DNA of 64,000 bases from Candidatus Eiseniibacteriota bacterium (GTDB lineage: Bacteria; Eisenbacteria; RBG-16-71-46), in the NCBI GenBank assembly GCA_963776245.1, contig CAVZLN010000006.1:608001-672000 (forward strand), given 5' to 3'. Of this stretch, positions 11,460 to 21,094 are shown in pieces. The notes beneath the pieces were generated by a model that was given only the letters and a program-made list of their open reading frames with translations, searched no databases and was not told the origin of the DNA. The position numbers and the translations under genes are program-made. Position 1 is the first letter of the stretch, and every line of letters starts with the position of its first letter.

Positions 11460-12018
11460 CGCCGCATCCATCCCTGGTCGAAGGCAGGTGGCTCCAGTTC
11501 GATCGAGCATGGACTCTACACCCGGAAGGCCGCCGTTTCCGCGACGGACTCGATGACCCGTCCGGAGGACGAGTGTCATGTCGGACCCGGCTCGTGCGGA
11601 CCCGCTCGAGAATCACGAGGTGCCCGGCGCGCCGCGCGCACGTGCTAGGAATTCACATTCGGTGCCTGCCGCGTGGCGGGAGCGCGACACACTGCGGCAG
11701 CATGACGGTCCAGTCGCCCCGTGCCAGGCGGCCGCGACCATTCCTACCCACTGTGAGATGGGCACTTGAGTCCATCGTGGGCCCCGGTGGGCCAGCGGCC
11801 CCGCTCTTGCGCTCCAAGGCGGCGGCGCATGGTTCCGGAGGCCGGTCACAGCCCGGCCGTGCGTGCCCTCCCATCCATCGAGACCGTCCTCACTCGCCGG
11901 TCACGATGAGCCCTTCCCCAAGAATCGAATACGCATCCGCCCCGCTCCCCACGGAGCCATGGCGGTACTCGACGCTCCTGTCACGCATTTTCCGACCCCG
12001 AGTGATGAGGGAGGAATC

Positions 12019-12690
12019 GTGAACCTGGTTCCGCGTCTCTCCATATGCCTGAGCCTGACTTCGTGCCTACTCGCCGGTCCGGTGTCGCTCGCTCTCGCGG
12101 TCCCGCTGACGGTGACATTGCACTGGACCGCACCTGGCGACGACGGAGTCATCGGCCGCGCGTTCGCCTACGATGTCCGCTACTCGCTGACACCGATCAC
12201 GGCGTCGAACTTCCCCGCGGCCATTTCGGTCCCCGGGGTACCCGCGCCGCAGTCGGCGGGAGCGCTCGAGACTTTCGCGGTGACGAACCTCGTCGCGGGC
12301 AACGGCTACTACTTCGCCATCAAGACCGTCGACGAGCTCGCGAACTGGTCACTGATCTCGAACGTCGGCGTGTACTCGCCGACCCTGGCCGCGGACACCG
12401 ATGCCAGCTCTCTGACTCTCTGGCTCTCGCCTCCGTTCCCGAACCCCGCCCGCGCTTCCGCGCGCTGGTCGTACACCCTGCCCAAGGAGGGCCCGGTGGA
12501 GATCGAGGCGTTCGATCTCGCCGGCCGGCACGTGCGCAGCATCGCGCGCGGCTGGAGAGGCGTGGGCCAGGGCGAAGTGGACTGGGACCTGCGGGACGAC
12601 GGAGGCCGGGCCATCGCGGCCGGCATCTATCTGATCCGCGCGACCCTCGGCGGGCAGACCTCCATGAAGCGGCTGATCGTCATCCACTGA
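12019..12690 (+). CDS. Secreted protein with an FN3-like domain and a C-terminal FlgD-Ig/T9SS-CTD-like domain
   Basis: Signal peptide, LHWTAPGDDG...YDVRYS...YYFAIKTVDE...NWS, then PFPNP...FDLAGRHVR...WDLRDDGG...AGIYLIR. Confidence 0.8.
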   Translation: MNLVPRLSICLSLTSCLLAGPVSLALAVPLTVTLHWTAPGDDGVIGRAFAYDVRYSLTPITASNFPAAISVPGVPAPQSAGALETFAVTNLVAGNGYYFAIKTVDELANWSLISNVGVYSPTLAADTDASSLTLWLSPPFPNPARASARWSYTLPKEGPVEIEAFDLAGRHVRSIARGWRGVGQGEVDWDLRDDGGRAIAAGIYLIRATLGGQTSMKRLIVIH

Positions 12691-12801
12691 CCGTCCGGGA
12701 GCCGCCGCCGCACGACACCCTTTGCGCTCGCACCGTGCGGCTCCCATGGACATCATTCATCGGCCCTGCTCCTCGGCTCGTGTCGCGGCGCTTGGACCCG
12801 G

Positions 12802-14214
12802 TCAGGTCCGCAGCTCGCGAAGGCTCGACAGCAGACGCCGGACATCGTCCATCGAGGTCTCCGGATTCATGAAGACCAGGCGCAGATAGCGCCGGCCCTG
12901 GAACAGGGTGGTGGTCAGGTAGAACTCCCCCCGGGCGATCAGTCGGTCGCGCACCCGCAGCTGCGCGTCGTCGTCCCCGGGGACGCGCAAGCACAGGATG
13001 TTGGCCTCGGGCTCGACGGCGCACTCGAAGTCCGGCGTCTGCCGCACGTGCTCCCAGGCCTCGTGGGCCAGCGCGTACTGGCGCTCGACGTACCCGGCAA
13101 GCCCGCGCTCGCCGAGCGCCGCGAGGACCGCGAACAGTCGCAGCCCCAGCGCCGCCTTGGTGCACTCCACGCTGCGCAGCAGGAAGTCGAATCCCGGCTG
13201 GTCCTTGGCGTGGAACAGGTAACTGGCCTCCTGCTGGAAGGTCCCGTCGAGGATCCGGCCGTCGCGCAGGAGCACCGCGGCGCACAGCGTCGGGGTGCGC
13301 AGCATCTTGTGAGCGTCCCACACCAGCGAGTCGGCTGACTCCACGCCATCGAGCAGGTGGCGCAGCCGCTTCGACAGCAGGGCGCTCGCCCCGTGCGCGC
13401 CGTCCACGTGCAGCCAGAGCCGCCGCTCGCGGCAGAACTCCCCGATCGCGCGCAGCGGATCGTAGATGCCGACCGCCGTGCTGCACGCGTTCGCGACCAT
13501 CGCGATCGCGCGCCTGCCGTCGGACTCCACGCGATCGAGCAGCGCGGGAAGCCGATCGGGCCGGATCGCGCCGCGCGCGTCCACCTCGGCGTGATAGATC
13601 GCGCCGGTGCCTATCCCGATGATCCCGGCGGCACGCGCGATGGAGTAGTGGCTCGCCGCGGGGGCGATGAGCGCGAGGTCCCCGGGATTCCCATCCCGCC
13701 ACGCCGAGGGCGCGATGACGCTCCGCGCCGCGAGCAGCGCGGTCAGGTTGGCGAGTGAGCCTCCGTGGGTGAGCACTCCCCCGCCATGGACGCCGCCATC
13801 GGAAGCCTGTCCGGGCAGCGGCGCCGGGCGCCATCCCACGCGCTCCAGCAGCCAATTGAGCATGTAGTACTCGATGCTCGAGGCCGCGGGCCCCATCTCG
13901 TACACCGCCATGGCGTTGTTGGTGAAGCCATCGACGAGCGCCGCGAGAGCCCCCGTCGGGTGCGGGACCGCGACCTGGTGGCCGACGTATCCCGGATGAT
14001 GCAGGCGTGTGGTCGAGTCGAGGTAGGCCGCGATGAACCCGCGCAGCCGCTCCCCGGTCAGCCCACCCGCGGCCGAGAGCCTGGCCAGGTCCAGCTCCGC
14101 CACCAGTTGCGCCAGAGGTGTCTGGCGGATCACCGGCCGGCTCCCCGACGCCGACTCCCGCTGGTAGCGATCCAGCTCCTCGGCGACGATCCGCGCATCC
14201 GCGAGGAAGGACAT
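12802..14214 (-). CDS. Group II PLP-dependent decarboxylase (DABA/aromatic amino-acid decarboxylase family)
   Basis: HHPGYVGHQVA, GGSLANLTALLAAR, SHYSIARAA, WLHVDGAHG and DAHKM (PLP lysine). Confidence 0.92.
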   Translation of the reverse strand: MSFLADARIVAEELDRYQRESASGSRPVIRQTPLAQLVAELDLARLSAAGGLTGERLRGFIAAYLDSTTRLHHPGYVGHQVAVPHPTGALAALVDGFTNNAMAVYEMGPAASSIEYYMLNWLLERVGWRPAPLPGQASDGGVHGGGVLTHGGSLANLTALLAARSVIAPSAWRDGNPGDLALIAPAASHYSIARAAGIIGIGTGAIYHAEVDARGAIRPDRLPALLDRVESDGRRAIAMVANACSTAVGIYDPLRAIGEFCRERRLWLHVDGAHGASALLSKRLRHLLDGVESADSLVWDAHKMLRTPTLCAAVLLRDGRILDGTFQQEASYLFHAKDQPGFDFLLRSVECTKAALGLRLFAVLAALGERGLAGYVERQYALAHEAWEHVRQTPDFECAVEPEANILCLRVPGDDDAQLRVRDRLIARGEFYLTTTLFQGRRYLRLVFMNPETSMDDVRRLLSSLRELRT

Positions 14215-14384
14215 GGTCACTCCCCCCGCCCGATGGGCTCGCTCGGCCGCGCGGGCACGATGGTGCTGGGACCGACGTTCTCCGGGTCTTGCATGCTTCC
14301 TCCACGCGGATGGATACGGCACGCCTGCATCTTGGGACCGGAACGCGTTCAAGGTGGCGCAGTATGCTCCGCTTCCCCTCGTCC

Positions 14385-15233
14385 TCAGCGCGCTCGCTCT
14401 TCGCCCCGACCCGCGGCAGTCTCGCCCCAAGGATCGTACGACAACGGCAATCCGACCAGCGCCTCGCGCGTGATCACCCGCGGGACCCCGAATCGCTCCT
14501 CGAGCACTTCCGGCAGGAGCGCTGCGTTCGGGATCCGGCTGGCGCGCGACCGCGTGCCGTCCGCCTCGATGAGATTCAGGTTGTGCAGCACCAGCGCGCG
14601 CCCGGGCGAGAACCGCACGAACACGAGCGCGTTCATGAAGGTGGCCGAAGGGTCGAAGGACGCTTCGACGACTTGCGTGAACTCCTCGATATGCCGGGGC
14701 GCAGGCTTGAAGACGTAGCCGTGCGCGTGCTTCCCGCCGCGGTGCAGCTCGAGACGCGACCTGCCCTCGGCGTCCCGCGGCCTTAGCACGTAGCGATCGT
14801 CTCCCAGCACGATCTCGCGATCATGGTCGAGATCCAGCGGAAGAGGCGCGAGCAGCGGGGCTCCATATCCCGCGTCCACCAGATAGTCGCGTCCATCGAG
14901 TCGGACGCGATTGGCCAGGTGCACGTCGGGTCGCGCCATGTCGGCCCCGCACAGGGCGACGTCGTAGCCGAGTGTCTCCAGCAGGCGGTTGAGGTGATGG
15001 TTGTTCGCGTAGCAGGTGCCGCCGAGCCGGTCGCGCTCGATGCCGTCGAGGAACCCGGACAACTCCGGGATCCCGCGGGATCCCGACCGGCGATCGTGAT
15101 AGAGCTTCGAGACGTTCTCGAACGGGACCCGCGTGAGATGGGCCGTGGTCAGTTGCGCGAGCGCGTCGAGGCTCGGCTCCCGCCGGGGCACTCCCAGCAC
15201 ACGCAGATAGCGTGCGCAGTCATCGGGGGACAT
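14385..15233 (-). CDS. Arylamine N-acetyltransferase family protein
   Basis: VPFENVS plus the Cys-His-Asp triad motifs GGTCY, DVHL and LVDAGYG. Confidence 0.9.
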   Translation of the reverse strand: MSPDDCARYLRVLGVPRREPSLDALAQLTTAHLTRVPFENVSKLYHDRRSGSRGIPELSGFLDGIERDRLGGTCYANNHHLNRLLETLGYDVALCGADMARPDVHLANRVRLDGRDYLVDAGYGAPLLAPLPLDLDHDREIVLGDDRYVLRPRDAEGRSRLELHRGGKHAHGYVFKPAPRHIEEFTQVVEASFDPSATFMNALVFVRFSPGRALVLHNLNLIEADGTRSRASRIPNAALLPEVLEERFGVPRVITREALVGLPLSYDPWGETAAGRGEERAR

Positions 15234-15534
15234 CACGGGTGTTCGATCCACTATTGGAGCCCGACTTCCTTTCCCTTCGCGTTCCGCCTCCCTCGCGTCC
15301 GCACGGAGGCGGGGGTGGTGCGCTGATGTTGCCATCGTCCCACGGTGACTGTCTCTCGTCACTCAGGGGCCACCAGAGCCCCGCGAGGCTGCCCGCCGTG
15401 CGTATTTCCTTGGCAATTCCCGCGGCGAGGCTGCTAGATTCCTCGCCCTGCGTGGCCGTCGTACCCTTGGCGGGACTTCCCGGGAAGGGACGCGCATGCC
15501 CCTGCGCTGAGCTCCCCACATCCCCGGAGGGTCC

Positions 15535-16242
15535 ATGGTCCTGCCTCGCTACGCCATCCCAGCATTCGTGCTCATCCTGCTCACGACCGTCGCGCCAGTG
15601 GCACTCGCGCAGACCACCACCTTCGGCGACGCCACCTTCCTCGATGCGGACTGGACCGTGACCACGGAAACGATCAACCTCGGCGGCTCCGTCATAGGAA
15701 ACCAGGTCGCCTCGGGCGGCACCTCCGGCCCCTACCGGCGCATCGTCAACACGCTCAACAGCGCCATCGGTTTCGGGTTCTCGAACTCGGTGTTCGGGTT
15801 CCACATGCGAGCCGGCGCGTCGTTCAACCCGGCCGTCAGCGGGCCGATCACCTCGATCGATTATTCAGAGTCCTCGATCCGCCTGGCGGCGGGTGTGCAG
15901 GCATGTGGCGTGGCACTCCAGCAGGGCGGCGTCATCTACTACGGGCCCGGGTTCCTTACCCCGAGCACGCTCAATCTGTGGGTGCCGACCAGCCAGACTG
16001 GGCTCACCGCGGCGATGTTCGACGCCGCCGCGCCCGGGGTGCAGAACCCCGACTTCACCATGGCGGGCGCTCCGATCCAGTTCGGGTTCTATCGCTCGAA
16101 CTCGACCAGCGTCGGCGGTGGCGGCAGCAGTCTGTTCGGCGGCATCGACGACTGGCTGGTGACCGTGCACTACGACTCCGCCACTCCGGCGCAGGGCATC
16201 ACCTGGGGCGCGGTCAAGTCTCGCTACGCGAACTCCCGCTAG
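15535..16242 (+). CDS. Secreted hypothetical protein with a C-terminal TWGxxK motif
   Basis: Signal peptide MVLPRYAIPAFVLILL...ALA/Q, a beta-rich body, and the ending TPAQGITWGAVKSRY. SD GGAGG. Confidence 0.75.
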   Translation: MVLPRYAIPAFVLILLTTVAPVALAQTTTFGDATFLDADWTVTTETINLGGSVIGNQVASGGTSGPYRRIVNTLNSAIGFGFSNSVFGFHMRAGASFNPAVSGPITSIDYSESSIRLAAGVQACGVALQQGGVIYYGPGFLTPSTLNLWVPTSQTGLTAAMFDAAAPGVQNPDFTMAGAPIQFGFYRSNSTSVGGGGSSLFGGIDDWLVTVHYDSATPAQGITWGAVKSRYANSR

Positions 16243-16348
16243 AACGGAGTGCGGAGGCCGGCGGCGGGGCACCCTGGCGCCGGCCTCCGCGTCATCTTGC
16301 GCCATGAGCGAGCCGCGCCGATCGTGCCACGACTCGACTGGACGCGGC

Positions 16349-16813
16349 TCAGGAGCCGACAATCCGTGGGTCCCACTCGAACGGCTCCGGGCGCTCGATG
16401 ATGATCTTAGTGAACGCCGGGTGTGCGGGATTCAGAAGGAAGTTCCGCGCCGAGGGGACCAGGGCGCTGGGAACCGACAGGACGGCGGATCGCAGCCGCT
16501 TCACCCATTGGTCACCCACGGCACGTGTCTCCGCGGGAGCCGGATAGCGCCGCCAGTGACGCGGCAGTCCCGCGACATCGAGGTCCTCGACGAGGGTCTC
16601 GGGGAACTGCACGCTGGCCACCGAGTAGGAAGCGAGCACCGCGGGGGCCCGAAGGTGCACGAGGACCTCGAGCATCGCCAGCGCCAGACTGTCCGAGACG
16701 TACGCGACGCGGGTCCCCGCACTGTTCCAGCGCCCGCCGTTCAGCCGCGCGCCCTCGCCGTCGAACGCGGCGGCCGCGTAGCGCGCCTTCACCAGTCGAC
16801 AGGCGCGGATCAT
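16349..16813 (-). CDS. RES domain toxin (NAD+-degrading, MbcT/ParT-like)
   Basis: AFDGEGARLNGGRWNSAG...Y.SDSLALAMLEVLVH...VLSVPSALVP...NFLLNPAHP. Confidence 0.92.
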   Translation of the reverse strand: MIRACRLVKARYAAAAFDGEGARLNGGRWNSAGTRVAYVSDSLALAMLEVLVHLRAPAVLASYSVASVQFPETLVEDLDVAGLPRHWRRYPAPAETRAVGDQWVKRLRSAVLSVPSALVPSARNFLLNPAHPAFTKIIIERPEPFEWDPRIVGS

Positions 16814-16818
16814 CGGGC

Positions 16819-17313
16819 TCAGCTGGGGATTCCGTGTTCGAGTCTGCCGATGAGACTCTCGACCTCTTTGGCGCCGACTTCGGTCTTGGCCAGTTCCAGC
16901 GGAACGCGGCCGCCCAGGGCGGGCTGCGCGCTCGAGAGCCAGTCCTTCGCCGCGGCGTTGTCGCCCTCGAACAATCCCAGCGCGCGACCGAAGACTCGCG
17001 ATGCGCGCAGGAGTCGGTCGGACTGCTCGGGATCGAGCTTCCCCTCCGCCTTTCGTCGCGCCAGTGTCCGGGACGGGATCTGGGTCAGCTCCGAGAGCAC
17101 CTTCGCCGAGAGGTTGGTGTTGCGCTGGAACCGGACGAAGGTCGAGCACCGAAGGCCCTTGCGGATCTGCTCGGACAACTCGAGCGGCTCGTACGTGCGG
17201 AGCCCCAGCAACGCGGCATAGAAATGCCCCGGCCGTGGTCCCGATCGGAGCCGCAGGCGGAATTCGGCGAGATCGGCCCGCTGGTGCAGCGCCGCCTTGT
17301 GCGAGACCGCCAT
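16819..17313 (-). CDS. Xre/MbcA/ParS antitoxin
   Basis: IPSRTLARRK...SDRLLR...ALGLFEG...WL...PALGGRVPLEL...GAKEVESLIGRLEHG. Lies directly upstream of the RES gene. Confidence 0.92.
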   Translation of the reverse strand: MAVSHKAALHQRADLAEFRLRLRSGPRPGHFYAALLGLRTYEPLELSEQIRKGLRCSTFVRFQRNTNLSAKVLSELTQIPSRTLARRKAEGKLDPEQSDRLLRASRVFGRALGLFEGDNAAAKDWLSSAQPALGGRVPLELAKTEVGAKEVESLIGRLEHGIPS

Positions 17314-17338
17314 GGGTTCCTCCTCCATTCCTGTATCG

Positions 17339-17381
17339 GCCAAGTGGCCACACTCTATCAGCCATATGGCAGCGGTCGCAA
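17339..17381 (-). promoter_or_regulatory. TA operon promoter with two GCCAnnTGGC operator-like boxes
   Basis: Minus strand TTGCGA-N18-TAGAGT with an extended TG. Palindromic boxes GCCAAGTGGC (17339-17348) and GCCATATGGC (17361-17370). Confidence 0.6.
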
Positions 17382-17640
17382 GGATGGGGGCGCAGAGGCT
17401 GGACCCAACCGGGCGGCTTGCATCATCTTGGGGTGGCGTGACCCGGCGCGGCGGGGTCCGCCGCGGTCCACCGCGACCGCCTTCGATGTCCGGAGGATGT
17501 TCCGTCGCGGCTGCTCCGCGCGCTGGTCATCGGATTCGGCACGCGGGTGCGTCGGATGCAACTCTGCAGGCGACTCGCTCGTCCAACGAGGCGAAGGGAC
17601 TCAGCAACACGGAGCTCGTGCCGAGACTGGAGAGAACGTC

Positions 17641-17991
17641 GTGATCGTGCGCGAATCAGATCCGGTGATCGTCCTCGAGCCCACCGAGGACCTCTACGAG
17701 GGTGGCGAGTGCGACCAGATGGAGGAAGCCCTCGCCCGGCTCGCAGCTCGCGGCGCCCTGGTCGTCGTCGATGTGACCCACGTGAGGCACATGACCGCGC
17801 GGTGCGTGGGAATCCTCGCCAACGCCCGTCAGATCGCCGCGCAGAATGGCGGCTGCATCGTGCTCTGCGGCGCCACGCCCCTGCAGCGCTGGTTGCTGGA
17901 TAAGACCGGCGTCGCGGACGTTCTCTCGGTGCACGACGACGTGGCTGCGGCGAAGCGGCACCTGACCACCGTCAGTCGGGCGGTCGCGTAG
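17641..17991 (+). CDS. STAS domain protein (anti-sigma-factor antagonist-like)
   Basis: VVVDVTHVRHMTARCVGIL...NGGCIVLCG...LLDKTGVADVLSVHDDVAAA. The real gene is the 3' end of track ORF 16423..17991. Confidence 0.75.
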   Translation: MIVRESDPVIVLEPTEDLYEGGECDQMEEALARLAARGALVVVDVTHVRHMTARCVGILANARQIAAQNGGCIVLCGATPLQRWLLDKTGVADVLSVHDDVAAAKRHLTTVSRAVA

Positions 17992-18086
17992 GGAAGGGTC
18001 GAGTGAGGCTCGGGCTGCTGCGGTGACCGGCCTCCCCAGCACGCGCGACGCCCGGCGCAAGAGTCGCGGGGGGCCCTCGTTCGGCG

Positions 18087-20060
18087 TTACCGCAGGAGCA
18101 TCACGCGGCGAGTCTGCCGGATTCCCGCGGCATCCAACCTGGCCAGGTACAGCCCGGCCGGTGCGCTCGCCCCCGCCTCGTCGCGCCCGTCCCACACCAC
18201 GCGCCGTGCCCCCGCCGAGACGTCGCCGTTCACGAGTTGGCGCACCCGGCGTCCGGCCAGGTCGAAGATCGTCAGGTTCGCCGGCCCACTCCTCGCCAGC
18301 GCCAGATCCATCGTGGTGGCACCTGTGAACGGGTTCGGGAACGCGGTGCCCAGCCGAGCGCGCTCGGGAAACGAGGGATCGCCAGCAGCCGACAGGGCGC
18401 TGAGCGGCAGGCCGAACGCGATCACGTGACCGTCACGGGTGCCCACATAGAGACGGTTTCCGGAGACACCGGGAGGATCGAATTTCGATCCCGTGCCCAC
18501 CGGCGCGCTGAAACGCAGGTTGAGAACGCCATTCACCGGCACGGGGTCATAGGCGCGCAGTTGCGCTCCCACGCCCGAGGCGTCTGGGTTCCAGACGATC
18601 CAGATCAGGGCCGAGCCGCTCTGGGTGCCCGAACTGGTCACGATCGGCGCGCTGGAGGCGAAGCCGAACGAATCGGCCGCGGCGCCCGCGAGCGTGAGCG
18701 TGGGCCTTCCCGAGCCATCCACCCCGGCTTGGTAGGCGTGCAGGAAGCCGGACGTGGCATCCGGAGAGATGAGCCTGTCGGCGGTTGGCACGTATACCCA
18801 GCCGCCGTCACCGCCCCACACCGCCGGCTTGGACCACACGCCGCCATCGAAACCGGTCTCCTGGACCAGACTGTCGGTGCCGTCGGCGGCCTGCTGGCAT
18901 CCGCCGAGCGAGTTGCCGTCGAGCAGAAAGACGATGCCAGGCTTGCCGACCTGAACGTAGAGATTGGGGTAGGCGACGGAGCCGAAGTACGGGTACGGCA
19001 GCCCGACCAGGCCTCCGGAGCCGAGATCCGCGTCGATGGGATCGTAGACCGCCAGCGAGTTCCATGGAGTGAAGAAGTCGACGGGCTGCAGCGAACCGTT
19101 GGGCTGGACGCTCAGCCGCACGATCGACTCGCTGAGCTCAGCGGGCGGGGAAGTGCCCGGAATGGGAGAGTCGGGCGTGCCGCCGCCCATCCCGTTTCCC
19201 GTGGCGAGCAGGATCTGCCCCGGACCGTCCGAAGCGAGTGCCGAGCCGGACATCCAGATGCCGCCGCCCGACGCGCTGCCTCCTCGATCGACCCACCGGG
19301 CGGTGATGCTGCCCGCGGTGGACACGCCGATCACCCAGCCCTGGAACGGCAGCACGTCGCAGACCGACCCGAACGCGGCATAGACCACGCCGTTCAGAAG
19401 CAGCAGGCCGGGACGCTGGTTTTGCGTCTTCGCTTTGAACGTCTGCCCGGCCTGGTTGTCCGCGGTTCCCTGGATCGTCACCGGGAACCCCGGTTGCTCC
19501 GTGCCGGTGGCGACGGCGATGGCGTGCATCTCCCAAGACACGGTGCCTGAGGAACCCGACCGGTACGCCTTGGCCGTGAAGTACGCGATGCCGGTGGCGT
19601 CGTCGATCACCGGGGTCGACGTGATGCCGACGACGGGAACGATGTCTGTGCATCCGGCGATGTCACTCGCCTTCCAGGCCGTGCCCACATTGCGTGACCA
19701 CTGGATCGCGCCGGTGACAGGGTCGATGCCGTAGATCCAGTTCGACTGCGTGACGACCAGCAGCGTGCCGCCGAAGACGAGCGGCTGCGCGTAGACCTGG
19801 CCGGTCACGGTCGTCGAGAACAACTGGCCGAAGGTGCTGTCTGCAACCGTCTGCGGCGTGATGCCGGGCTGGTCGCGATACCAGCCCGTGCGCAGCAGGT
19901 CGGCATCCCGTCCGACCTGTTCGGCGTGGGCCGTGCCCACGAGGATGATCGCAAGCAGGAAGACGACGAGGCCCGGACCGGGACCTTTCCGCGGAGCGAT
20001 GGTTCTCGTTGCGTTCACGCGGCCGCGGAAGCGGCAGCCTGGCTCGGGGCTCGTCGGCAT
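18087..20060 (-). CDS. Secreted PQQ-like beta-propeller protein with a C-terminal FlgD-Ig/CTD-like domain
   Basis: GQVYAQPL, GITSTPVID, NQRPGLLL, GGGIWMSG and DADLGSGG, then AFPNPF...FDLAGRRVR...WDGRDEAG...GLYLARL. True start is probably somewhat downstream of 20060. Confidence 0.8.
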   Translation of the reverse strand: MPTSPEPGCRFRGRVNATRTIAPRKGPGPGLVVFLLAIILVGTAHAEQVGRDADLLRTGWYRDQPGITPQTVADSTFGQLFSTTVTGQVYAQPLVFGGTLLVVTQSNWIYGIDPVTGAIQWSRNVGTAWKASDIAGCTDIVPVVGITSTPVIDDATGIAYFTAKAYRSGSSGTVSWEMHAIAVATGTEQPGFPVTIQGTADNQAGQTFKAKTQNQRPGLLLLNGVVYAAFGSVCDVLPFQGWVIGVSTAGSITARWVDRGGSASGGGIWMSGSALASDGPGQILLATGNGMGGGTPDSPIPGTSPPAELSESIVRLSVQPNGSLQPVDFFTPWNSLAVYDPIDADLGSGGLVGLPYPYFGSVAYPNLYVQVGKPGIVFLLDGNSLGGCQQAADGTDSLVQETGFDGGVWSKPAVWGGDGGWVYVPTADRLISPDATSGFLHAYQAGVDGSGRPTLTLAGAAADSFGFASSAPIVTSSGTQSGSALIWIVWNPDASGVGAQLRAYDPVPVNGVLNLRFSAPVGTGSKFDPPGVSGNRLYVGTRDGHVIAFGLPLSALSAAGDPSFPERARLGTAFPNPFTGATTMDLALARSGPANLTIFDLAGRRVRQLVNGDVSAGARRVVWDGRDEAGASAPAGLYLARLDAAGIRQTRRVMLLR

Positions 20061-20179
20061 GCTGGAACCTCATGCTGGATGGGTGCGAAGAGCATACGTG
20101 CGCGGTGAGTCCGTCAGGAAGCAGAATCATCGTGGCCCGTCCCGCCACCGTCCCGCTGCTCCATGTCCACCCGCGCCCA

Positions 20180-20944
20180 TCAACGCACGTGCACGATGCT
20201 CGTCGTGCGCGAGCCCTCCGCGGCCTCGAGACGCGCGAAGTACATGCCGTCCGCCACCGGCTTCCCGTGATCGTCGAGCCCGTCCCATGCGAGCTTGTGG
20301 TGGCCCGCCTCCAGCGTGCTGCGCTGCAATGTGCGAATGCGCCGGCCCTCGACGCTGAAGACGGCGAGCACCACCGGCTGGCGTTTCACGAGATCGAAGC
20401 TGAGCTCCACGTCCCTCGTCGCCGGATTCGGGGCGGCGCGCATTCCCAGCCTGGTCGTCTCGGGCGTCGGGTTCACGGAACTCGTCGCGTTGGGAACGAG
20501 GTAGCCGGACCAGCAGATGGTCGATGCCGGGTACGCGGGCCCCGCGATGCCGAAGCGCAGGACCTCGTTCGGGGGGAAGACGATCCCCGTCGTCCAGTTC
20601 GCGTGCACGGGCCAATTGTGGTTGCCGTTGGCGTCCCAGAGCCCGCCGGTCACCCAGCGCACGTTGTTGTCCAGGTTCCAGTCGCGGATCCACATCGACA
20701 CCGCCCACGTGGCGGCCACCGGCGGAGCCGGGTAGCCCGAGGGGGAGAAGTTGAAGTCCGTGAGGACGAAGCTCGATCCCGTCGGAACGGTGTACAGCGT
20801 CGCCTCCAGCAATCCGCTGCCCGCGACGAAGTTGATGCAGCCGCTCTGCATGTTGACCGGGCTCACCTGCGCCCACGCGCTCGTCCCCGTGCCAACCAGG
20901 ACCAGAGTCCCCAACGCCAACCAGACCCGGATGTCTCGACCCAT
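20180..20944 (-). CDS. Secreted hypothetical protein with a C-terminal FlgD-Ig/CTD-like domain
   Basis: Signal peptide MGRDIRVWLALGTLVLV...AWA/Q, then AAPNP...FSVEGRRIR...WDGLDDHG...GMYFARL. Confidence 0.8.
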   Translation of the reverse strand: MGRDIRVWLALGTLVLVGTGTSAWAQVSPVNMQSGCINFVAGSGLLEATLYTVPTGSSFVLTDFNFSPSGYPAPPVAATWAVSMWIRDWNLDNNVRWVTGGLWDANGNHNWPVHANWTTGIVFPPNEVLRFGIAGPAYPASTICWSGYLVPNATSSVNPTPETTRLGMRAAPNPATRDVELSFDLVKRQPVVLAVFSVEGRRIRTLQRSTLEAGHHKLAWDGLDDHGKPVADGMYFARLEAAEGSRTTSIVHVR

Positions 20945-21094
20945 GGAGTCCTCCGTCTTCCGCATCGTTCCCGCAGGTGGCCCGGCCGCTGCGTGTTCCA
21001 GGGTCGGGAATGGACCGCAGAGTATGTTAACGCTGGAGACGCCGGCGGCGGGAGATGATTCGATCGGAGATGCGCACGAACGGCTCGCGGGCAC

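Noticed and set aside
11740..11810. Possible c-di-GMP-II riboswitch (TGGGCACTTGA loop)
   Set aside because: The upstream GGAAAC-like element and the downstream GTGCAACC pseudoknot partner are missing.
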